Assembly: GCA_023150845.1 (NCBI GenBank)
Contig: JAKLKD010000013.1
Coordinates: 3,896-67,895, forward strand
From: Myxococcota bacterium
GTDB lineage: Bacteria > Myxococcota_A > UBA796 > CAJQPC01
Direction of reading: 5' to 3'
DNA length: 64,000 nucleotides
This document shows, piece by piece, positions 18,194 to 26,500 of this stretch. Position 1 is the stretch's first letter. Every line of letters begins with the position of its first letter. The position numbers were made by a program, and so were the translations under genes. Under the pieces are notes generated by a model that saw only the letters and a program-made list of their open reading frames with translations, was not told where the DNA came from and searched no databases.

Positions 18194-18721
18194 ATGGATC
18201 CCATCATGGGCAGCATCTTCTTGTTCGCGGGCACCACGGCCCCGCGGAACTGGGCGTTCTGCAACGGTCAGCTCCTCTCCATCGCCCAGAACCAGGCGCT
18301 CTTCGCGATCCTCGGCACGACGTATGGTGGCAACGGCATCACCACCTTCGCGCTCCCTGACCTGCGCGGTCGGGCCCCGGTGCACCAAGGCAGCGCTCCG
18401 GGCCTGCAGAGCGTGCAGCTCGGCGAGATGTCGGGCACGCCGACCACGACGCTGCTGAGCGTCAACCTGCCGTACCACAGCCACTCCATCAACGCCTCGA
18501 CCAACCCCGGCGACCAGGCCTCGCCGTCGGGCGCGGTGTTGGCGAGCTACGGCACCTCGCTCCCCCCGGAGGGCCCCTACCACAACGGGAACCCGACCAC
18601 CACCCTCGCCACGACGGCCCTCGGCGCGTCCGGCCAGAGCCAGCCGATCAACATCACCCAGCCGACCATCGCGCTGAACTACATCATCGCGACCCAAGGC
18701 ATCTTCCCCTCGCGCGGATGA
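18194..18721 (+). CDS. phage tail-collar domain protein (MdpB-like), paralog 3
   Basis: It has the same architecture: IFLFAGTTAPRNWAFCNGQLLSIAQNQALFAILGTTYGGNGITTFALPDLRGR... Confidence 0.85.
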   Translation: MDPIMGSIFLFAGTTAPRNWAFCNGQLLSIAQNQALFAILGTTYGGNGITTFALPDLRGRAPVHQGSAPGLQSVQLGEMSGTPTTTLLSVNLPYHSHSINASTNPGDQASPSGAVLASYGTSLPPEGPYHNGNPTTTLATTALGASGQSQPINITQPTIALNYIIATQGIFPSRG

Positions 18722-19162
18722 CGAGGCCGGGCCCGCTCCGCCGGGGTGACTCGGCGGGGTGGCGCCCTGCGTATCGATCCGCACAGGGCGGCGTTTGTGA
18801 TTGGCGTTGAGCGTCGCGGCGATGCGGGCTCCACGAGCGGCGGGTGGCTTCACGGGGCGTCTGTGGCGCCGGGAGTTTAGGCTCCCGGTGGTGCTTCGGG
18901 GCGTTGAGCGTCGTGCAGAGAACACGCGCCGAGGTCGGCCCCTGCTTCGTGGTGACTCGGGCCGTCTCTCGCGGGACCGCTCACTCCAGCCCGTCCGGGG
19001 CTGGAGCTCGCTGCGCTTGCGGCTCGCTCCTGCCATCCTGGCCTCTCGCGCGCCTCCAGAGCTCCCGCGAGAGACGACCCGAGCCCCCACGCGGGGCCGA
19101 CCCCGGCGCTGGTGTTGGTGATTCGGGCTCCAGGGGCGTCTCAGCGGGTGGTGGTGTCACCC

Positions 19163-20203
19163 TCAACGGACGGGCAGCGGCGGCTCCTCTGGGCTGAGTC
19201 TCCACCAGGTCACGGCCTCGCCCGAGCGCGTGAGGGCCCACACGGCGTCGTCGGCCTCCCAGAGGGCCTCCCCTTGGGCCTCCTCCCCGAACGGTCGTTG
19301 GGCGCCGCCGTGGTGCAGGTCCAAGAGCGCGCCGTCCCAGGTGAGGCGCTGGCCGCTCCGTGTCGTCACCCCCGAGGGCGGCGCGTGTGTACGCTGTCCT
19401 GTGCGTAGGCTCAGCGTAAGCTCCCCGCCGCGCCCCATGCAGGTGAGCAGCTCCGGCGCGACGAGGTCCAAGGCCCAGATTCGCGGCAGCCCGATGGGGG
19501 TGGGCGGCTCAAACGTCGCGACCGCGCGCACGGCGTCAGCGATGTGCTCCCGCACCGTGGTGGTTTGCCGCCCGCCCCAGATCGTCGAGATCGCTGAGAT
19601 CAGCCCGCCGGGGCAGGGGATGACCACAACGTCGAGCAGGGTCTCGCGGTGGGTGAGTCCGACCTGGTGTGTCCGCAGCGTCTCACCCGTGAGGGCGTCC
19701 ACCATCGTGAGCCGCACCCGCCGCCCCACGAGGGCGCCACGGGCGACGATCAGCGGATCCTGCGCGCCGCCCAGGCCACAGAGCGCGCGCACCTCGGCGT
19801 GCCGGTGCTGGGCCAAGACCTCCCCCGCCTCCAGATCCCACACGGTCACGCGGTCGTTTGTGCTCCAGGTGACCAGCCGTCGCCCCGGGAGGGTGTCCGC
19901 CCGAAAGATCAGGCCATCACGCTGGGTGAGGCGCCGAAGGGGCGTCAGGGTGCCGTGGTCAAACACCCGCAGCGTGGCGCCGTCCCACAACACCACGAGG
20001 CCGTCCACGACGGTGAGGCCCGCGTCCTCGCTGAGCGCACCCCAAGGCAAGGGCTCCACGGCGCCGTTTGAGCGTAAGAGCGAGGCCTGGGCGCCCAACC
20101 AGACGACCCGCGCGGCGTCGAGGGGCCTCAGCGCGCCGTCTCGGGGGAGCGGGGTGTGGAGAAGCGGGTGGGCCAGGAGCAGACCATCGTGGGGGCACCT
20201 CAA
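19163..20203 (-). CDS. hypothetical protein, possibly beta-propeller-like
   Basis: This 346-aa ORF has recurring ...VTVWDL.., ...LRVFD.., ..WAL.. strand-like motifs. It has protein-like composition, unlike the overlapping Ser/Arg/Pro-rich + strand ORF. It uses a TTG start. Confidence 0.4.
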   Translation of the reverse strand: MRCPHDGLLLAHPLLHTPLPRDGALRPLDAARVVWLGAQASLLRSNGAVEPLPWGALSEDAGLTVVDGLVVLWDGATLRVFDHGTLTPLRRLTQRDGLIFRADTLPGRRLVTWSTNDRVTVWDLEAGEVLAQHRHAEVRALCGLGGAQDPLIVARGALVGRRVRLTMVDALTGETLRTHQVGLTHRETLLDVVVIPCPGGLISAISTIWGGRQTTTVREHIADAVRAVATFEPPTPIGLPRIWALDLVAPELLTCMGRGGELTLSLRTGQRTHAPPSGVTTRSGQRLTWDGALLDLHHGGAQRPFGEEAQGEALWEADDAVWALTRSGEAVTWWRLSPEEPPLPVR

Positions 20204-20358
20204 GGCCCAGGGGACGAGGGCAGTCTACGACGAGACCGACAGAGGGACAAGCCGGTAAAAATCCGAGGAGCCCACTTGACCACCCCGCGCCGCCTTGGAT
20301 AGCCTGCTGCGCGGGATCATCGTGCTGTTCGTTCAACCCTCCTCTCCTGGAGTTTCTT

Positions 20359-20997
20359 ATGACTCGCACTCTCCTCCCCGTTGGCCGCGTACAGATCAGC
20401 TCCGCTGCCGAGGGCCTTCAGCTCGCCATCGCGGCCCCTGGCGCGAACGCGGTGCTCTTGGCTCGGGACGCGGCGATTATCGGCGACAAACGCGACCGTT
20501 ACCTCGACCTCCTCAGCCGCGCCCGGGCGAGCACGAGCAAGGTCGCCGAGGCCGTTGACGCGCTCAGCGCCGCCAACGAGCGCGCCGACGCCGCGATCTC
20601 GTCTTTCGTTACGGCCTGCAAGCTCAAGGGTGGCGCCGCGCTCGTCGCCGAGGTTCGCTCAATGTGGGGCGGCCTGACGGTGACCAAGCTCATCCAGAGC
20701 CCTTACAGCACGCAGCTCTACCTCATGGACAGCTTCTTAGAGCGCCTCGACGCCCGGACGACGCTCAAGCTGCCCGAGGATCGACTGGAGGAGATGCGCG
20801 CCGAGCACCAGACGATGAAGGCCTGCCACCTCACCCTGGAGCAGCTTCGCGGCGCCCACACCGCCCTGGTGGCCGAGCTGGAGGAGACCGAACGCGAGTT
20901 CTTGGAGGCTTACCGCCTGTTGATCCGCGACCTCCTCGTCAACTGGGACGAGGGCGAGCTGCGCGCCACCCTGCGCACCTTTGAGCGCGGCGCTTGA
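20359..20997 (+). CDS. hypothetical, predicted helical / coiled-coil protein
   Basis: The ATG at 20359 is preceded by CTGGAG. The 212-aa product matches no family I recognise. Confidence 0.45.
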   Translation: MTRTLLPVGRVQISSAAEGLQLAIAAPGANAVLLARDAAIIGDKRDRYLDLLSRARASTSKVAEAVDALSAANERADAAISSFVTACKLKGGAALVAEVRSMWGGLTVTKLIQSPYSTQLYLMDSFLERLDARTTLKLPEDRLEEMRAEHQTMKACHLTLEQLRGAHTALVAELEETEREFLEAYRLLIRDLLVNWDEGELRATLRTFERGA

Positions 20998-21006
20998 GCG
21001 GGCGGC

Positions 21007-21258
21007 GACTCCGCGCGCGTAGAAGGGGGTCTGAAGGCTGAGAGTCGTGATTCCGCGCGCGGAGAGGGCGCTCGAAAGGCTTGGACTGACGATTCCGCGC
21101 GCGGAGAGGGCGCTCTAAAGGCTTGGACCGACGATTCCGCGCGCGGGGAGGGTGGTTGAAGGGCTGAGAGTCGTGATTCCGCGCGCGGAGCGGGCGATCG
21201 AAGGGCTCAGACCGACGACTCCGCGCGCGGAGAGGGCGGCTGAAGGGCTGGGGTTGCA
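21007..21258. repeat. intergenic tandem repeat, 6 x 42 bp, each unit containing the 12-bp palindrome TCCGCGCGCGGA
   Basis: Units start at 21007, 21049, 21091, 21133, 21175 and 21217. The consensus is GA(T/C)TCCGCGCGCGGAGAGGGCG.T..AA(G/A)GGCT.....(C/G).. Confidence 0.9.
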
Positions 21259-21338
21259 CCCTCCTAGCGCTGGTGGGTTGGTGGACGAAGGGGCAGGGCG
21301 GCCATAGAGGAGGGCTTCCACCGCGAATGCGCTGAGGG

Positions 21339-23654
21339 TTGAGTATGTCGCCCGTGAGTCCGCCGAATAGGTCCTCCTCTGATCTCTTCCATGACCAGCC
21401 GATCCGCAGCGCGAAGGACGATCTCTTCGGCTGGGGTGATCTCGCGAAGCGGTTGGGTGACGCGCTGACCTTGACCTCAGAGGACCCTATCGTCATCGGG
21501 CTCTATGGCGCCTGGGGCTCAGGCAAGAGCAGCTTGATGAACATGGTGGAGGAGAGCTTGGAGGCAAAACAGCCCAAGTGGCGCCCTACCCCTGGGGTAA
21601 CGGTGCGCCAAGGCATCGACCCGGAGTTCCAAAAGGTTCTCGACAGCAAGATGAACGCCCCGATACCCCGCACGCCTGCAGCCGAGCCAGGCTGCATCAT
21701 CGTTCGGTTTAACCCTTGGTACTTCAAGGGGGAAGAGGCGCTGATCCTGGCGTTCTTTCAGGAGATGATGCTTGCCGTGAAGAGATCGCCCACGTCGAGA
21801 GCGCGAGAGCTTGTACAGGCCTTTGGCGGGTATGTGAGAACACTACTGGCCTTCGTGCCGGCGGCGGTGATGGCCGGCGTCCTCGATCCTGCATCTGTTG
21901 GGGGGGTGTTAGCCACTGCGACAAGCGAGGCGATGGCCAAGAGTGAGTCTTCGCTAGGAGAAAAACGCAGTTTTCTGATGGCCGCTCTGCGTGAGTTCAA
22001 GGTGCGGATCGTCGTGTTCATCGACGACATTGACCGTCTTTATCCCGACGATGTGTTGACGATGATGAAGCTCGTCCGCCTCGTTGGTGACCTGCCCTAT
22101 GTCTCTTACCTCTTGGGTTTTGATCAGGAGGTCGTCTCTGGGTGCTTGTCGAAGGCTGGACCGCAGACGAACGGCCGCGAGTTGGGCAAGGAGTACCTCG
22201 CGAAGATCGTACAACTTAGTGTTCAGGTTCCGACGCCTCGGGCTGACCAACTCTGCAGGTACGCGGTGGGGGAACTCGCGGCTTTGTTGCGTGACTATTA
22301 TCCATCTGAAGAGTCGGAACACTTCGCGCTTCGCCTACATAATGATTGGTCGAAGATTTTTGGGTATCGCCTACAAGACCTTCGGCAAGCCAAACGTATC
22401 GTGAACGCTATTCGGGTCGCTTTCCCGCTCACTAAGGGTAAGTTTGATCCGGTCGATGGAGTGATCTTTGAGACTCTCCGCGTGTATTCACCAGAGGCTC
22501 ACAGCTTACTCTTTGATCGCCCGGACTATCTATTTGAAGGTGAATATCCTTCCATTATTCGAGAGGGGGTTGGGACGACGAGTTCGCCGGGCCCTTTGAC
22601 TGATTTTTTGAGGTCCAACTCGAGCGCTGGTGCTGTGCTGAAAGACTTACTGCTGACTATGACTGCTAAATCCTCTCTTCCATCTCATCGTCGTGCCGGA
22701 AGAATCATGAATATGGACGATGTAAGTAAGGCGCTCAACCATGGTGTGAACCCAGCACGGGTACGGGATTGGCGTAAGGAAGCGCTGAGTAAACGTATCC
22801 AGGAACACTCGGGCGATACGTACGACATTCTGATGGCCTACAACAAGGATTGTGGTGGATGGAATGGCACGCTTAACCGCGTAAGGCATGAAGCTACGGG
22901 ATTGAATCGTGAGGTGGCCAGCGCGCTGCTCAGAATCTGCCTCGAGAAGGCGTCAGAGATCGTTCAAGAGCTCGGTTCACAGCCTTGCAGGGCTGAACTG
23001 CGTCTTGCGGAGACCTGTGCGCTCTTGATGGGCCAAGCATCATTTGGCTCAAACCCCCAAGAACAAGATTTTGTCGCTGTGTTGCGTGGGTTTCTGATGA
23101 AATCAAGCAATCTTACCGTGAGCTGGATGGTCTTTAGCTTTCTGGAGGATCTGTCTCAACGTAGTCTGCCGCAGAGCGCAGGAGGCGAGCAAGGGCCGAA
23201 GGGGAAGTCTCCATTTGAGTCTATTTTAGGTGTGTACTGTGACACGGTTCGCCATGCCGTTCGGCACTCAATGTTTCTCAAGAACTGGCTCAAAGAGCCT
23301 CCATGCGACGAGCTACGCACCGCGCTGCGCCTCATGGGCTGGCACACGCCCGCGATGGATGACGCCCGGAAAATCGACGTGCGAAGCACCATCGAGCAGT
23401 TCGATCCCAACGATTCTCGCGCTGGCTACCGTCGCATCCTCTACATTTTCTTCGCCGACGTACCTTGTAAGCCTATGGGGAAACATGGCCGCTACAGAGA
23501 CCTCGCCGAGTTCATCGACCCCAACCTCATCGCCGAGGCCCTCGGCCCTAACCCGCTCCCCGCGCCGCTCACCGCCGATCAGCTCGCCGCCCTCGCCAAC
23601 CTGCCCGACGACGAGCGCGCCCTCAAGCTCTTCTTCCACGCCCACTCGTCCTAA
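21339..23654 (+). CDS. KAP family P-loop NTPase
   Basis: The N-terminus reads DQPIRSAKDDLFGWGDLAKRLGDAL...PIVIGLYGAWGSGKSSLMNMV, with Walker B VVFIDDIDRL. The 771-aa gene has a marked GC trough in its middle (~22.3-23.3 kb). An ATG alternative start is at 21345. Confidence 0.8.
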   Translation: MSMSPVSPPNRSSSDLFHDQPIRSAKDDLFGWGDLAKRLGDALTLTSEDPIVIGLYGAWGSGKSSLMNMVEESLEAKQPKWRPTPGVTVRQGIDPEFQKVLDSKMNAPIPRTPAAEPGCIIVRFNPWYFKGEEALILAFFQEMMLAVKRSPTSRARELVQAFGGYVRTLLAFVPAAVMAGVLDPASVGGVLATATSEAMAKSESSLGEKRSFLMAALREFKVRIVVFIDDIDRLYPDDVLTMMKLVRLVGDLPYVSYLLGFDQEVVSGCLSKAGPQTNGRELGKEYLAKIVQLSVQVPTPRADQLCRYAVGELAALLRDYYPSEESEHFALRLHNDWSKIFGYRLQDLRQAKRIVNAIRVAFPLTKGKFDPVDGVIFETLRVYSPEAHSLLFDRPDYLFEGEYPSIIREGVGTTSSPGPLTDFLRSNSSAGAVLKDLLLTMTAKSSLPSHRRAGRIMNMDDVSKALNHGVNPARVRDWRKEALSKRIQEHSGDTYDILMAYNKDCGGWNGTLNRVRHEATGLNREVASALLRICLEKASEIVQELGSQPCRAELRLAETCALLMGQASFGSNPQEQDFVAVLRGFLMKSSNLTVSWMVFSFLEDLSQRSLPQSAGGEQGPKGKSPFESILGVYCDTVRHAVRHSMFLKNWLKEPPCDELRTALRLMGWHTPAMDDARKIDVRSTIEQFDPNDSRAGYRRILYIFFADVPCKPMGKHGRYRDLAEFIDPNLIAEALGPNPLPAPLTADQLAALANLPDDERALKLFFHAHSS

Positions 23655-23725
23655 CAGAGCGACAACCACCGCCACCCCCACCCAGCCCGGGTGACGGTGA
23701 CGGCGGCCGTCTCACACCACGAGGC

Positions 23726-25510
23726 TCACTCCGCGTAGAGCGCCTCGATCTCCTTCGACCAGTTCTCGTTCACCTTCTTGCGCTTGACCTTGAGCGTCGG
23801 GGTCAGCTCGTTGTCGGCGATGGTGAAGTTGCGGGGCAGGACCTTAAACTTCTTGATCTGCTCCACCTGGGCGAACTCGCGGTTCATCTCGTCGATGTGG
23901 CGCTGGATCTCCTTCTGGAGCGCCGGGCTCGTGGTGAGCTCCTCGGGCTTCACGCCGTTGGCCGCGGCCCAGGCCGGGCCCTTCTCGGGGTCGATGGTGA
24001 CCAAGGCGATGAGGAACTTGCGGCGGTCGCCGATGACGACGGCCTCGTTCACCAGCTCGTGCTGCTTGATGGCGGCCTCGAGGTTCTTCGGCGCGATGTT
24101 TTTGCCGCCCGCGGTGATGATGATCTCCTTCTTGCGGCCGGTGATGCTCAAGAACTGGTCGCTGTCAAACGCGCCCAGGTCGCCGGAGCACAGCCAGCCG
24201 TCCACCAGGGTCTCGGCGGTGGCCTGGGGCTCCTTGTAGTAGCCCAAGAAGATGTTCGGGCCCTTCACGAGGATCTCGCCGTCCTCAGCGATCTTCACCG
24301 TCACGCCGGGCAGGGCCGGGCCTACGGTGCCGAGCTTGGTGCGGCCGGGGCGGTTGATGGTCGTCGGGCCGGAGCCCTCGGACTGGCCGTAGACCTCCAG
24401 CACGATGAGGTCGAGGGAGGCGAAGAACTCCAGCACCTCTTTGCCGATGGGCGCGGCGCCGGAGACACAGACCCGGGCGCGGCCCAGGCCCACGGCGGGC
24501 TTGAGCTTCGAGTAGATGAGCTTGTTCGCCAGGGCGTACTGGAAGGCCAAGAAGCCCGAGGGCTTCTCGCCGCGCATGTTGAGCGCGTTGGCCTCGACCG
24601 CCACGCCCCGCGCCCACTCCACGAGCTTCGCCTTGACGCCCGTGGCCTCCTTGAGCTTGCCCGAGATGCCCGCGTGGAACTTCTCCCAGATGCGCGGCAC
24701 GCCGAAGAAGATCGTCGGCTGGACCTCCTTGAGGTTGTCGCCGAGCTTCTCGATGCCTTGGGCGAAGTAGACCGCGTAGCCCGAGCAGGCCGGGGCGTGG
24801 ATGGTGAACATCTGCTCGGCGATGTGCGAGAGCGGCAGGTAGCTCACCGAGCAGTCCTCAGGGCCCGCGCCGCCGACGATGTCGTTGATCGCGAGGCTCG
24901 CCGTCCAGGCGAGGTTCTCATGGGACAACATCACGCCCTTGGGCGGCCCCGTGGTGCCCGAGGTGTAGATGAAGGTGGCCAGGCCCTTGGGCTCCAGCTT
25001 GGCGATGCGGTCGTGGACCTCCTTCTCGGGGGTGCCCTCGGCCTTCGCCATGAACTGCTCCCAGGTGAGCACGAGGGGGTGCTCGACCTTCTCCGCGCCC
25101 TTCATCAAGATGACGTGCTTGAGCAGGGGCAGCTCCGAGAGCTTGGCGAGGATCTTCTCCCACTGCGCCTTGTTCTCGACGAGCACCACCGAGGACTCGG
25201 CGTGGTTCACGATGTACTGCACCTCGGTCGGGGAGCAGGTCGTGTAGATGCCCGCCGGGGCGCCGCCCGCGCACATCGCCGCCACGTCGAGGATCACCCA
25301 CTCCGGCCGGTTGAAGCCGAGGATCGACACCGTGCCGCCGGGCTGAAAGCCCAAGGAGATCAGCGCCCGGGCCGCCTGCACACACTCGGCGGCGTAGGTC
25401 TTCCAGCTTGTCGGCTCCCAGGTGGTCGCGCCACGGACGAAGTAGGCGGGCTTGTCGGCGAACTTCTGACCGTTCGAGATGATCTTGGACGGGATGCTGT
25501 CGTAGGCCAT
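23726..25510 (-). CDS. long-chain fatty-acid--CoA ligase (AMP-dependent synthetase)
   Basis: It has the AMP-binding motif YTSGTTGPPKGVMLSHENL, plus GYYKEP and SGDLG blocks. An AAGGAAG RBS precedes the ATG at 25510. Confidence 0.9.
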   Translation of the reverse strand: MAYDSIPSKIISNGQKFADKPAYFVRGATTWEPTSWKTYAAECVQAARALISLGFQPGGTVSILGFNRPEWVILDVAAMCAGGAPAGIYTTCSPTEVQYIVNHAESSVVLVENKAQWEKILAKLSELPLLKHVILMKGAEKVEHPLVLTWEQFMAKAEGTPEKEVHDRIAKLEPKGLATFIYTSGTTGPPKGVMLSHENLAWTASLAINDIVGGAGPEDCSVSYLPLSHIAEQMFTIHAPACSGYAVYFAQGIEKLGDNLKEVQPTIFFGVPRIWEKFHAGISGKLKEATGVKAKLVEWARGVAVEANALNMRGEKPSGFLAFQYALANKLIYSKLKPAVGLGRARVCVSGAAPIGKEVLEFFASLDLIVLEVYGQSEGSGPTTINRPGRTKLGTVGPALPGVTVKIAEDGEILVKGPNIFLGYYKEPQATAETLVDGWLCSGDLGAFDSDQFLSITGRKKEIIITAGGKNIAPKNLEAAIKQHELVNEAVVIGDRRKFLIALVTIDPEKGPAWAAANGVKPEELTTSPALQKEIQRHIDEMNREFAQVEQIKKFKVLPRNFTIADNELTPTLKVKRKKVNENWSKEIEALYAE

Positions 25511-25647
25511 GCATCTTCCTTGGTGGTGGAGGGGCTTGAAGTCTACATGAGAGGGGGGTGTGAGCGCAAGCGCGCCTCTGAGCTTTGGTTTCATCGGGGC
25601 TGAATGTTGCGCGGCCCGCGCGGCGGTTTTTTCGTTAGACTGCCGCC

Positions 25648-26493
25648 ATGCGCCCCTCCGCCCTCTCCCTGCTCGCCCTGCTCGCCCTCCTCACCCCCGT
25701 CGCCGCCTGCTCGGGCGGGAAGGACGACGGCGACGACACCGCGACGATCGCCGACGACACCCAGGACGACGACACCGGCGACACCAACGCCGACGACAGC
25801 GCTGAGGACAGCGGCGGCGGTGACAGCGGCGGCGACGACAGCGGTGATTCGGGCGACTCGGGCGACACCGGGGAGCCCAGCTTTGAGCCCCTCGACGGCC
25901 TCGGCGCGCTCAGCGGCGACTGCGGCGTGCTCACCGAGGCCCTGCTCACCGACCCGGCGCCGGGGCTCTACGTCAACACCTTAGACTTCGGCGCGGAGAC
26001 CTTCGATCCGAGCCTGCTCAGCGAGGGCGGCCAGGTGATCTACGAGGCGGGGAACCTCGGCGGCTCAAGCCTGCTCTCCGAGGTCTTCGCCTATGAGGTG
26101 CTCTACCGCTGCGAGCTCGCGGCCCTGCTCAAGACCGAGGCCGAGATCGTCTACACCGACAGCGGCGGCAAAAAGACCGACCTGCTCGTGGAGATCGACG
26201 GCCTCAAGCTCGGCGTGAGCGTCACCCGGGCCTACCACTACCCGCCGGATGACCCCTACACCCTTGAGCTGGCCACGGAGCTGCTCACGAAGAAGCTCGG
26301 CGACCTGCCGCTCTCTACGGCGAACGTCGCCCCTGAAGACGCCTGGGTGAAGCAGCTCCTCTCGATCCTCGCCTACACCCCGGAGCACGCCGCGCTCATC
26401 GAGGAGAGCTGGCTTGGCCTCGACGACAGCCTCCGCGGCGACGCGATCCTCATCGTCACCGTCACCGAGGGCGACGACGAGGAGCTTTACTGA
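25648..26493 (+). CDS. hypothetical lipoprotein with an Asp/Gly/Ser-rich linker
   Basis: The signal plus lipobox is LLALLTPVAAC. It is followed by ~60 aa of an acidic low-complexity linker and a ~190-aa globular part. Confidence 0.6.
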   Translation: MRPSALSLLALLALLTPVAACSGGKDDGDDTATIADDTQDDDTGDTNADDSAEDSGGGDSGGDDSGDSGDSGDTGEPSFEPLDGLGALSGDCGVLTEALLTDPAPGLYVNTLDFGAETFDPSLLSEGGQVIYEAGNLGGSSLLSEVFAYEVLYRCELAALLKTEAEIVYTDSGGKKTDLLVEIDGLKLGVSVTRAYHYPPDDPYTLELATELLTKKLGDLPLSTANVAPEDAWVKQLLSILAYTPEHAALIEESWLGLDDSLRGDAILIVTVTEGDDEELY

Positions 26494-26500
26494 CCGACGG

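Noticed and set aside
17060-18721. Three tail-collar genes could be a prophage remnant.
   Set aside because: No capsid, tail, integrase, lysis or other phage gene lies within 10 kb on either side. GC content matches the host background. Stand-alone bacterial tail-collar (MdpB-like) triplets are known.
11905-18913. The motif GGCGTTGA(A/G)CG occurs upstream (about 11905) and twice downstream (18803, 18900) of the giant-lipoprotein / tail-collar block, and could be island boundaries.
   Set aside because: Only ~11-14 nt are shared, and the motif is too short and GC-rich to distinguish from chance. There is no GC shift or mobility gene at these positions.
18188-19197. ORFs of 100-300 aa lie in the gap after the third tail-collar gene (18188-19090 minus, 18801-19121 and 18844-19197 plus).
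   Set aside because: They are Arg/Gly/Ser/Pro-rich, overlap one another and the tail-collar gene, and have no RBS. I treat the region as non-coding and structured.
21007-21258. The 42-bp periodic array with palindromic cores looked at first like a CRISPR array.
   Set aside because: There are no unique spacers. The 'variable' halves of the units are clearly related to each other (..GAAGGGCT..), so this is a plain tandem repeat. No cas genes are nearby.
20939-21496. A 185-aa minus-strand ORF encodes a 14-aa RPLRARN... repeat.
   Set aside because: It is simply the translation of the 42-bp tandem repeat. It is Arg/Pro/Ser-rich, overlaps the KAP gene start, and has no RBS or family resemblance.
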